Made by a program: the position numbers and the translations under genes. From contig CAWCNY010000004.1 of NCBI GenBank assembly GCA_963797095.1, positions 256,001 to 320,000 of the forward strand: a DNA stretch of 64,000 nucleotides, in the 5' to 3' direction. Origin of the DNA: an uncultured Chloroflexia bacterium. Lineage in GTDB: Bacteria > Chloroflexota > Chloroflexia > QHBQ01 > JADMIH01. A model generated the notes under the pieces. It did no database searches. It saw only the letters and a program-made list of their open reading frames with translations, and was not told the origin of the DNA. Below, piece after piece: positions 50,768-59,532 of the stretch. How positions within the stretch are numbered: the stretch's first letter is position 1; every line of letters begins with the position of its first letter.

Positions 50768-51319
50768 CTAACCTGTCGCTCCTGCAAGGAACGGGGTGAC
50801 CTCTGCCGGTTCGTCTTCATCTGGCAGAGGATCAGACCTCACAAAACCCCAGGGCCGAGCGGCTATCGCTCCTCGGTTGGGGCTGGCCTGTAAGAAGTAA
50901 ATTAGAGCAGTTGCCGTAGCGCGGTTTGTTGCCAGTGGTATCTCCTGCGTGTCACACATATGTAACAGATCGGAGAAATCCGGCTCGTGAGCTCCGGCGG
51001 TCAAAGGGTCACGAAAGTAGATCACTGTTTGCACTTCGTTGTCTTCGGTAAGTTCACCTAACTGCCTGTCCCCTCCCTTTGGACCCTCCGCTAGCAGGTG
51101 AACGTGCAAGCCCGTGCGCCTCTTAGGGAGTGCGCCCGTGCCACCGGTGGCAACGAGTCGGAAGCCCTGGAAGACCGTTCTGTTCTCGAACACAAATCCG
51201 GCCAGTTCTTCCTTCTTGTGATCGTGCGCTATCAGCGCAACCGTGAATCTATGACTCAAAGCTCTATGCTTGCTCTCCACCGAAGGCCGCAACCTGCCTG
51301 CGGCGCAACTTACGCTCAC
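50768..51319 (-). CDS. mgsA: Methylglyoxal synthase (divergent)
   Basis: ALIAHDHKK, ATGGTG, GPKGGDRQ, FRDPL..HEPD, PLATN. Start uncertain. Confidence 0.85.
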   Translation of the reverse strand: MSVSCAAGRLRPSVESKHRALSHRFTVALIAHDHKKEELAGFVFENRTVFQGFRLVATGGTGALPKRRTGLHVHLLAEGPKGGDRQLGELTEDNEVQTVIYFRDPLTAGAHEPDFSDLLHMCDTQEIPLATNRATATALIYFLQASPNRGAIAARPWGFVRSDPLPDEDEPAEVTPFLAGATG

Positions 51320-51335
51320 ACTATTCTCAGTGTAG

Positions 51336-51378
51336 ATTATCAGTGGGGGAGTTTATCAGGGGGTTAGCAGAATGTTAA
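51336..51378 (-). promoter_or_regulatory. PHO-box-like promoter of mgsA-pstSCABB-phoU
   Basis: TTAACA-N5-CTAACC-N5-ATAAAC-N9-GATAAT, with an extra TTAACA 21 nt upstream. Confidence 0.65.
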
Positions 51379-51491
51379 CAATTGCGCCCGACTTGTTAAC
51401 AAAACCCCGCCCCGGATGGCTCACAACCATAATTCCAGGCCCGACTCGCAGCCGGTTGCCTGCATGAAGCTAGTGGTGGGGAAATGCCTCG

Positions 51492-53276
51492 TTACGCGCA
51501 AGGTAGAGTGAAGTAGAATGCCGCCCCCTGGCCCACCTCGCTCTGTACCCAAATCTGCCCGCCATGAGCTTGCACCACGTGCTTCGCGATAGCCAGACCC
51601 AACCCCGTACCGGCTTCCCGCTCTCGTGAGCCTGCGCGCGCCTTGTCCACTTTATAGAACCGCTCAAATATACGCGGCAGGTCATCTTCCGGTATGCCAA
51701 CCCCGGTATCTATGACGCCGACAGCCAATCCGTCCTCGTGCCTGGCCGCACTCAGTGTAATACACCCGCCGGGGCCTGTGAACTTGATTGCGTTATGCAG
51801 CAGGTTGATCAGCACTTGCTCAATTCGCTCCCCATCAGCCAGCGCGAGCGGAAGGTCGTCCTCGATCTCGCACGTCATTTGCAATCCCGCACGTTCCATT
51901 TGCGTGCGCAAGCGACCTGCGGTACGTTTGAGCAGGTCGCCAAGCGGCACAGGACGCAAATTCAGTTGCACTTTTCCCGATTCAATACGCGAAAGCTCCA
52001 GCAATTCACGCACAAGCTGAGTAAGCCGATCAAGTTCTACGTCTATCCGCGAAATGAACTCCTTAGCCGCTGCTTTGTCCTCATCCACGGCAGTGCCGAG
52101 CGTCTCCACAAGCAGCTTGATGGACGTGATTGGCGTGCGGAGTTCATGGCTGATATTCGCCACGAAATCCCGCCGTGCGCGTTCCAGCCTCCTTAGCTCT
52201 GTCACATTCTGGAGCACAATCAGCCCCGTTGGCGCGCCTCCGTCGGGGCCTGGCACCTTGGTCACTACGGCCAATACCGTGTTCTTCCCTACATCTACCT
52301 CAAGGCTCTGCCAATCAAGGGGTTTGGTGAGCGTATTTTGAAGTGCGCTGTGCAGCTCGTGCTCATGCGTGGCTTCGATCAACGAGCGTCCTGCTGCTTC
52401 ATTAGGGAGGATGTTGAACAGCCGGACCGCTGATGGATTCATGCTATCGATGCGTCCCGCCTCATCGGTCAGGATGATCCCATCGTGCATATGCTCCAGC
52501 ACAGCCGCCATCCGGTTGCGCTCCTCTGTGCGCTCGCCGATCAGGTCGGTCAGGCGGTCGGCGGTGGCGTTCAATTCCCGGCCAAGGTCGCCTATCTCGT
52601 CACGCGATTGGATTCGCGCGCGGGCGGTAAGGTCGCCTCCCCCGAAGCGGTGGGCTACCCCGCGAAGATAGGTGAGAGGTCCCACAATGGAGCGCGACAT
52701 CAGCACGCCAAGAAGCACAGCCAGCAAGCTCAGCGCCAGGGTTGTAACGCCAAGCCCTATCCACAACGTATTGCGCGCTTCTTCAACCGAAGTGAGCGGA
52801 TACGCCACGCGCGCTAGGCCCACCACAAGTGATGGGTCGGCGGGGTCTTGTACTGTCACCGCCACATAGAGCAGTCGTTGCTGCACTGTATCGCTCTCGC
52901 GGCTTGCCGTCCCAATCCCGGCCCCACTGAGGGCGTCAATCACTTCGGGCCGGGTCGAAAGGTTCTCCTCCTGTCGAGGGTCGTCCGCCGAGTCGCCAAG
53001 CACCGTGCCGTCCGGGGCGATCAAGGTAACGCGCGTTCCAAAGAGGTCCCCCATGCGGTCGGCCAGCCCGTCAGTGTCGGTGATCGTGGCCGGAGCTAAA
53101 AAAAGTGGGGCAGCCGTAAAAGCCACCCCGCGAGCTTGATCAGCCAGGTCGCGCTGTAGAGCATCCTGCTCGCGCTGCTCAAAATCGCCCGCCAGCAGCA
53201 ACGCAAGTAGCCCGCCCATCGCAAGAACAAGCCCTGCGTAGGTTAGCACGATGCGCGTCCAGGTGTGGGTGAACAT
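51492..53276 (-). CDS. phoR: Phosphate regulon sensor kinase (TM-HAMP-PAS-HisKA-HATPase)
   Basis: RRDFVANISHELRTP, NAIKFT, FERFYKVDKAR, GTGLGLAI. Adjacent to the pst operon. Confidence 0.9.
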   Translation of the reverse strand: MFTHTWTRIVLTYAGLVLAMGGLLALLLAGDFEQREQDALQRDLADQARGVAFTAAPLFLAPATITDTDGLADRMGDLFGTRVTLIAPDGTVLGDSADDPRQEENLSTRPEVIDALSGAGIGTASRESDTVQQRLLYVAVTVQDPADPSLVVGLARVAYPLTSVEEARNTLWIGLGVTTLALSLLAVLLGVLMSRSIVGPLTYLRGVAHRFGGGDLTARARIQSRDEIGDLGRELNATADRLTDLIGERTEERNRMAAVLEHMHDGIILTDEAGRIDSMNPSAVRLFNILPNEAAGRSLIEATHEHELHSALQNTLTKPLDWQSLEVDVGKNTVLAVVTKVPGPDGGAPTGLIVLQNVTELRRLERARRDFVANISHELRTPITSIKLLVETLGTAVDEDKAAAKEFISRIDVELDRLTQLVRELLELSRIESGKVQLNLRPVPLGDLLKRTAGRLRTQMERAGLQMTCEIEDDLPLALADGERIEQVLINLLHNAIKFTGPGGCITLSAARHEDGLAVGVIDTGVGIPEDDLPRIFERFYKVDKARAGSREREAGTGLGLAIAKHVVQAHGGQIWVQSEVGQGAAFYFTLPCA

Positions 53277-53277
53277 C

Positions 53278-54216
53278 TCAGCGTGTAGCTACCGCCTGGT
53301 TGAACTTGTATCCAACTCCGTATACGGTCTGAATATACTCCGGCACATCGGGGTTGGGCTCCAGCTTCGCCCGCAGCCAGCGCACGTGCACGTCTACCGT
53401 TCGCGCGCCCCCCACAAAATCGTAACCCCACACCCTATCAAGCAACACCTCTCGTGAGAAGACCTGCAGGGGGTGCGAAGCCAGAAATGTTAGCAGGTCG
53501 AACTCCTTCGGCTTAAGAGATACATGCTGACCAAGCTTGGTAACTGTCCTTCGGGCTGTATCAACGACCAGATCACCTGATAAGAGCACTGGAGGAGGCG
53601 CTGGCTCCACGTGCGTTGCCTGGTGGTTGGGGCCCGCGCCGGAACCGGCACTGACCAGACCCGCCGGGGTGCCATCACCGCCATTGGCCCGCGCTGACAG
53701 TGCCATATCAACTTGCCCACCGTTTCCAGGCGTAGCCGCGATAGGTGCTAGCGCCGCTGCTTGCACTTGCAATATCTCGGCCCTACGCAGCATAGCTCGC
53801 ACTCTAGCGAGTAGCTCGCGCAGACTGAACGGCTTGGTAAGATAATCGTCGGCTCCCAGTTCAAGGCCCAGCACCTTATCGATCTCTTCTTCCCGTGCCG
53901 AAAGCATCAGGATCGGCACAGTCAGTTGACGTCGTACCGCCCGGCACACGTCGAATCCGCTCATCCCCGGTAGCATAATATCCAGGATGAGGAGGTCAGG
54001 GCGCTCGTCGAATGCCAGGCGTAACGCTTCCGCTCCGTCCGCAGCTGTGAGCACCTGGAAACCCTCGCGCCTCAGGTTATATTCCAGCATATCGCGCAGA
54101 GTTTCCTCGTCGTCCACCACCAGGATTGTGTGCTGAGAAGTGGGTTGTGGGGTCACCATATCATCTTGTTCTATCTCTAGAGGGTTTTGACTCTCATTCT
54201 CGACCGTGTTCGCCAT
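53278..54216 (-). CDS. phoB: OmpR/PhoB-family response regulator with a long Gly/Ala linker
   Basis: VVDDE, LDIMLP, KPF, RTVDVHVRWLRAKLE, TVYGVGY. Start uncertain (54249/54216/54160). Confidence 0.88.
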   Translation of the reverse strand: MANTVENESQNPLEIEQDDMVTPQPTSQHTILVVDDEETLRDMLEYNLRREGFQVLTAADGAEALRLAFDERPDLLILDIMLPGMSGFDVCRAVRRQLTVPILMLSAREEEIDKVLGLELGADDYLTKPFSLRELLARVRAMLRRAEILQVQAAALAPIAATPGNGGQVDMALSARANGGDGTPAGLVSAGSGAGPNHQATHVEPAPPPVLLSGDLVVDTARRTVTKLGQHVSLKPKEFDLLTFLASHPLQVFSREVLLDRVWGYDFVGGARTVDVHVRWLRAKLEPNPDVPEYIQTVYGVGYKFNQAVATR

Positions 54217-54946
54217 CACTATTCTGTACCTGCCCTTCGTGCTTGTCATGAAGTTGCACTTCGGCCATCGCCACGGGAAAAGCCCGTTCAGGCTCAGGCA
54301 TTGGGGCGGGTATCATTTTGTCGAAATCTATCCACACGCGAGAGTCGTTGCGGCAATCATACTTACGGCAAACGTGCGGGCGCTTCGCATGGATGGTGCA
54401 TGCTCTGGTCGCGCTATCGGAGTGTACACAATAGCCGTCAGAAGACTGCTTAATCCAGTACGGGTTCCCATAGTCCCAGCGCGCCACTCCCTCATCCAGG
54501 TCCTGCTTGGTCAAGAAGAAGCGGAACGAACAACAGCGGGCCTTACAAAGATGTATCCGGTTGTGGCAATCGATCTCCACATTCTCGGACTCTTCATACT
54601 TGTCGCCCATCTCGGCCAACCGCACGCGAGGCACGGGCGCTTCCTCGATTTCCTTTCGCGCCTCTTCCATCGGCCCCATCAGGTCATCCTTATCGATCAA
54701 GCCTTTGCGCATCAGCACGTTCACCAACGCCTGCAATACCGCCACAGCCTCCTGGCTCTGGTTCTGATTGACCATCAACATGATGTGGGCAAACTCAAGG
54801 CCGCGCTCGATCTCGGAGCGCGTTTCCGGGTGCATCAGTATGTCACCTTCAGGCGTGCCGGGGATCATGATCTCGCGCTCTCCAGGCTGGAAAGCACCAG
54901 ATTCCTGAGACCAGGAAAATCTATCGTTGTCTTCTTGCTTATCCAT
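54194..54946 (-). CDS. YkgJ-like (CxxCxxCC) cysteine-cluster protein with helical N-domain
   Basis: DCHNRIHLCKARCC...GYCVH...CTIHAKRPHVCRKYDC. Confidence 0.85.
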   Translation of the reverse strand: MDKQEDNDRFSWSQESGAFQPGEREIMIPGTPEGDILMHPETRSEIERGLEFAHIMLMVNQNQSQEAVAVLQALVNVLMRKGLIDKDDLMGPMEEARKEIEEAPVPRVRLAEMGDKYEESENVEIDCHNRIHLCKARCCSFRFFLTKQDLDEGVARWDYGNPYWIKQSSDGYCVHSDSATRACTIHAKRPHVCRKYDCRNDSRVWIDFDKMIPAPMPEPERAFPVAMAEVQLHDKHEGQVQNSDGEHGRE

Positions 54947-54993
54947 CTTTGTTCAAAGCACCTTACCAAGCGCCAGTATGACACAAACCGGCC

Positions 54994-57504
54994 TTAGTTG
55001 CCAGCATTCGCACTATCCCACTGTTTTTCGTAGTGCTCCCGGTGGCGCTGCCCCTCCGGCCCGTTCTGATACCTGTCAATCACAGCCTGCTTGCCGGTCG
55101 CCTTGCCGATCTTAAGAAGCTCTGTTCCCGTCTTCGCGGGATCGTCCAATCTGGCCCTGATTGCTTCATTTATGATGGTGTCTCGATACAACTGCTCAAG
55201 CTTGTCTTTAGGGCTTGGCAAAGCATCTGTAAGGTCAACATCGCTATTCTGTAGCTCATACTTCACATCATAGGTCTTGACGTCGCTCTCGGCCTCTTCC
55301 TTCAACATGCTCTTGACGAACTCGTCCTTCGACATGGTCTTTGCACGTTCTGCCGAGGGCTTGGTATCTTTAGCGATCTTCGCATGGTTCATCTCATGCG
55401 CGAAAGCCAGCGCGAGGAACTGCGGTGTCCTGGTGGCGTCGAGGTTTACCGTATTTGTATCGGGATAATAGCCGATCCCCACATTGGGCTTCAAGTTGAC
55501 CTTCACACTGTACTGCTGCCTGATCGCGAGAGCTTCTTGTCCGGTAGGCGCGCCGTTTAATATCCTCACGATCTCATCAAAGCTCTTGGTAGCAGGCGCT
55601 GTCCCCGCGTCGGCGGGCGCGGTGGTACCCTGTCGTTGCACGCTCACAGCTGCCTCAGAAGCGATCCCCGAAAGCGTAGCCCAACTCTCCTCCACCAGGC
55701 CTAAAGCACCACCAAACAGCGAACCCTCTGACTTTTGATCGGCGCTCTCACCTGAAGGCTCCTCGTCCTCGGTTTGAATAATAGTACCCTCTTTCCTCCC
55801 GTGATCGTTCTTCTTGTCGTACTTGTCGCTGGCATCTTTTAGGTCATCCAGCGCCTTTTGCCAAATATCCGCTGCGTCAGATTCTGTCTTACCCTTCATG
55901 CGTCCGGCTATGCCATCCAGTTTCTGCTTGACCAACGCCACGTGCCCGGCCTCGTGCCTCTTGAGGGCGTTCATGAAGTCTTCCCATTTCTTCTTGTCTT
56001 CACCCTTCAGGTTGGCCGCTCCCGGCCAGTTGGGCATAAGCACAGTGATCGTCACTTCTGCAGCTACACCCGATGTCTTGCCATTTTCATCAAGCGTAAC
56101 ATTATAGACAGGGCTCCAGCTTGTCTCCCCGGCCTCATCCCTCGCCATGATCTGGTCGGCAGCTTCCTTGAGCGTTTTGGCGGTAACCGTCCATGTATCG
56201 GATGCCGATTTGAAGGTGGTGGTTGCGCGGCCTGCTTTGGCCTGGGGCGGCTTGGGCGCGGTCGCATCATCGCGCTGCACCGCCACAAGGCGCTTGAGGC
56301 CGCCCAGGCTATTGAGGCTACGCTGCACGGCCGGTGGTAGCGCCGATTGGGCCTGCGGAGGGCCACCTATCGCCGACGGAGAGGAGGCCCGGAACCCAAA
56401 TCGCGGGCCAAGCAACGCCCCAACATCGGCGTGCATGCCGAACATGATCGCATCGCCGCTCGTATTCACTTCGACGCGCAGCCAGCTTGCCTTCGGGATC
56501 GGAATAGTCTTCCCGTTCAACTGGCTTAGCAGTAATTGGCGAGCAGACGGGTCGTCGGTCAGGGTAACGCCTGCCAGGCCGGTAAGAGCGATTGCCGCCC
56601 CGGTGCTTACCAGTGCAATCTGCTCGCCCGTTCGTAACCGCCGCCAATCCGACTTCACCTGGTCGGCTGCTCGCGTCTGGAAATTTTGCCACGCTGTCCG
56701 GAACGGCTCGGACGCCAACGCAGCGTTCAAAAGGTCTCCAGCGCTGGCCGGTCTGGGCGGTGAAGGTCCCGCTCCTGGCTGCTGACCGCTACTCTGGCTG
56801 CCAGCGCCCCTGGACCCACTAGAGCCACCAGGGGTCGCCGTCGGTAGCGCCGCCGGCGGTACGCCACCTGTCCCCGATGTGCCAGCCGCAGGCGCGCCTC
56901 CCCCCGTTGCCTGGCCTGCACCCGGTAGCGCGCCCGGCCCCAACTGGACACCCGGCCCCGCCGATATTAGTTCGACTATCGCAATATCGAACACCTGGCT
57001 CATATGCTGGCGCATCAATTCCTCGGTGCGTGGGTCCAATTGCAACCTACGCTCGTCAAGCAGGTGATAGCGGCTTGCCGGATCACGGGGTTAAATCAGC
57101 GATGGCGAAGGGAGGTTAACATCCAGCACAGGTGGAAGCGATGAGCCGTCGTCGCGCTGCACAGGCAAAGGCCAACCTGCGCCTTGTGCGCCATTGCCGA
57201 CATGACGCTGCACAGCCCGGTTGCCATATTTGCGTTGCGCGCTATGAAACACATCGATGCGCACCGGCTCGTTGCCATGCTCGTACAACACCGGGTCGCC
57301 AAGCAGCGATTGCGGATAGTTCGGTGGGGGAGGTGGCGCACCGGCAGCCGCGGCACGAGAATCGTCGGCAAGATCTGGGTAGAACTCAGACTGGGTGCCC
57401 GGCGACATCAAGCCAACCTTAACCCCCGTCTGCTCAGGCTGGCGCTTTGCTCTGTCAGCACGCTTCTGGTCGTCGTGTTCGTTGTTATTGTTGTCTTCAG
57501 CCAT
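54994..57504 (-). CDS. Multi-module eCIS-cargo-like protein (~836 aa) with two HExxH domains; ORFs 57091..57504 and 54994..57045 are joined by a 1-nt frameshift at 57093-57095
   Basis: Removing one T gives SLINPRDPASRYHLLDERRLQLDP. GNEPVR...YGNRAVQR leader, HEAGH (DUF922-like) and HEMNH...EEAE modules. Confidence 0.7.
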
Positions 57505-58270
57505 CTCTCAGTACAGCAACGGGCTCTTCAATCAGGTCATCGGGGAAGAAACCAAAGGCGATCTCCGAAATCTCCTCGACCACAGTGGCCCACGGACGCA
57601 TCACTTCCAGGTCATCCACTACAGGGCTGGTGTCTTGCATCAAGCATTCACACCACTGCTCACACATTGCAGCCCACTCTGATTTCCCCACGCGCGCCCG
57701 TACCGCCTCCAGCCGCGAATAATAATGCAGCACAAAATTGAAGTACGACAACGCGTTAATGCCCTCCGGGCGCGGCGTATTCACGGCATGGTAATTCCAA
57801 CGCGAAACGGCAAGGGCGTAAATATCAAACTCAACATAGGTTCGTATCAGCCGCCCGCGCCACAGCGGGTGTTGCAGCCTGCCGTCGCGCCAGGCATCCG
57901 TCGGGCATGGCACATCTTCTCGACGGTGGACAACCGTGTTCCCCGCGAAGTTCGCGGGATATGTTTGGCACACATATGGTCTCAACGGATAAATACCGCA
58001 CCTACCCAGGCCATCGGGAAACTCCAACCAGAAGACGCACGGCTTCTCATCCGTCTTCGCGGGGCGCTTATCCAGGGCGATATTGAAATACTGGTTGGAG
58101 CTATCCAGCAGGAATCCTCTCGGCCCAGGCTCCATGGCGGGCACAACCACGGTGAATTGCTCAGGTGCCATGTTGAGGCCGCGCGAGATCACCCACATGT
58201 CATAGCCCGTGATTGTGACTATGTACTGGCGGCAGCAGCCCATTGTGCAGTTGGCGCAAGGGCTAGCCAT
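57497..58270 (-). CDS. YkgJ-like (CxxCxxCC) cysteine-cluster protein
   Basis: CANCTMGCC, PCVFW, RCGIYPLRPYVCQTYP. 8-nt overlaps with both neighbours. Confidence 0.85.
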   Translation of the reverse strand: MASPCANCTMGCCRQYIVTITGYDMWVISRGLNMAPEQFTVVVPAMEPGPRGFLLDSSNQYFNIALDKRPAKTDEKPCVFWLEFPDGLGRCGIYPLRPYVCQTYPANFAGNTVVHRREDVPCPTDAWRDGRLQHPLWRGRLIRTYVEFDIYALAVSRWNYHAVNTPRPEGINALSYFNFVLHYYSRLEAVRARVGKSEWAAMCEQWCECLMQDTSPVVDDLEVMRPWATVVEEISEIAFGFFPDDLIEEPVAVLRDG

Positions 58271-58883
58271 CTTCCTGCCCGCCCTCATGCTCTTTCTCTG
58301 GGCCCCTGTATTCCCCTAGAATGTATTTGCAAAAATCTGTGAAAGTGCGAGCAGGCTTGCCCGCTTCAAGTTGTGCATTCCAGCCCGCTACCACGTCGCT
58401 ATATTCGGTGGCCTCATCCAACATTTGCGCGAGCAGGCTCTCCTCTTGCTCTTGCTCCACATCCGCCAGCGTCCACCGTCTGCATGTGCACGCCCCGCTC
58501 TCCACCTGCAACAAACCGTCCACTAGCATCGAGGGGTAAACGAGACAAGGGAGCGGCCGCAGCCCGCCCAGCCCACATTGCGCGTGCCCATCGGCCAATT
58601 TCCAGAGGAACACACAGGGCGCGCCCCTTGGCCCTACCTCGCCCTGCTTTGCAAGCACTACCTGGTATAGCTGGCCACCTGCTTCCAACTGGAAGCCGTC
58701 GGGTGCCCCCTCTACCGCCTCCGTGTAGCGTGTGAAGTACCAGGGCATCAATTCAAGCGTCTCTGAGATACGCCACATATCTCTGCCGCTGATGATCACC
58801 TTGGTATTGTGGCAGCACGATTTCTCCCGGCAACCAAGCCAGAACAACTCCTTCCTCCCAGCGATCCCTGTGGAGCTATCCAT
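58263..58883 (-). CDS. YkgJ-like cysteine-cluster protein (paralog)
   Basis: CREKSCC, PCVFL, CGLGGLRPLPCLVYP. ATG 58883 overlaps the upstream stop. Confidence 0.8.
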   Translation of the reverse strand: MDSSTGIAGRKELFWLGCREKSCCHNTKVIISGRDMWRISETLELMPWYFTRYTEAVEGAPDGFQLEAGGQLYQVVLAKQGEVGPRGAPCVFLWKLADGHAQCGLGGLRPLPCLVYPSMLVDGLLQVESGACTCRRWTLADVEQEQEESLLAQMLDEATEYSDVVAGWNAQLEAGKPARTFTDFCKYILGEYRGPEKEHEGGQEDG

Positions 58884-59532
58884 CCTTGGCCTTGCCTTCC
58901 ACGTTGCGCTCAACCCACTCGGCCCACTTCGCCGCCGCTCTATCCCGCTCGCTCGCCGGTCCTGATGGATCGTAGCCTCCCAGCAATTCATTGAGCTTGT
59001 CCCAGGTCCGTTCGGGGTACTTCATTCCCGAAACGACTTGCTGGATAATCGTGTAAGCCTTCCAGCGGGTAGCCTCGTCATGTGATTTCAACAGTGGCAC
59101 AACAAAAGGCAGCGCTTTCGGCCCCTGACGCGAAAGCTCGTTGACCGACAAAGAACGGTCTGAATGCAGCACATCGGGAGCGTCGTTGATCGTCTCCACC
59201 AGCGCCGGAAACCCGCGAGGGTCGTCCATACGCGTCAACCCAACCGCAGCCTGCGAGCGCACACCGCCGTCCTTATCCTTGAGGGCAGCCGCCAGGTCAT
59301 CGGCGGTCGAGGGGTCCGCAATCGAGGCCAGACCTTCGGCGGCCAGGGCGCGCACCTCCTTGTCGTCGCTATGCAGCGCTTTCAGCAGCGCGGGAATCGC
59401 CGGCTCGCCTCGAGTGATCAGCTCGCCCAGTGCAAGACTTCTCATCTCGGCATCGTCTGAGCTAAGCTCCTCAATAACCTGCTCAGGCGGCCCACCCAAT
59501 CTTCTTACTTTTTCTTCGTAAGAACTGCTCAT
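58876..59532 (-). CDS. HEAT-repeat protein
   Basis: Repeated AIPALLKAL.D.EVRALAAEGL units. ATGA overlap with the upstream gene. Confidence 0.88.
   Translation of the reverse strand: MSSSYEEKVRRLGGPPEQVIEELSSDDAEMRSLALGELITRGEPAIPALLKALHSDDKEVRALAAEGLASIADPSTADDLAAALKDKDGGVRSQAAVGLTRMDDPRGFPALVETINDAPDVLHSDRSLSVNELSRQGPKALPFVVPLLKSHDEATRWKAYTIIQQVVSGMKYPERTWDKLNELLGGYDPSGPASERDRAAAKWAEWVERNVEGKAKDG

Noticed and set aside
13494-57504. Programmed frameshifting, phase variation or pseudogenisation in putB (~14155), the metallophosphoesterase (25440-44), fabL-like (~32758) and the cargo gene (57093-95)
   Set aside because: All four are single-base indels in short homopolymers within otherwise intact, unrelated genes, with no slippery heptamers. 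Long-read sequencing error is the simplest explanation. Read remapping would settle it.
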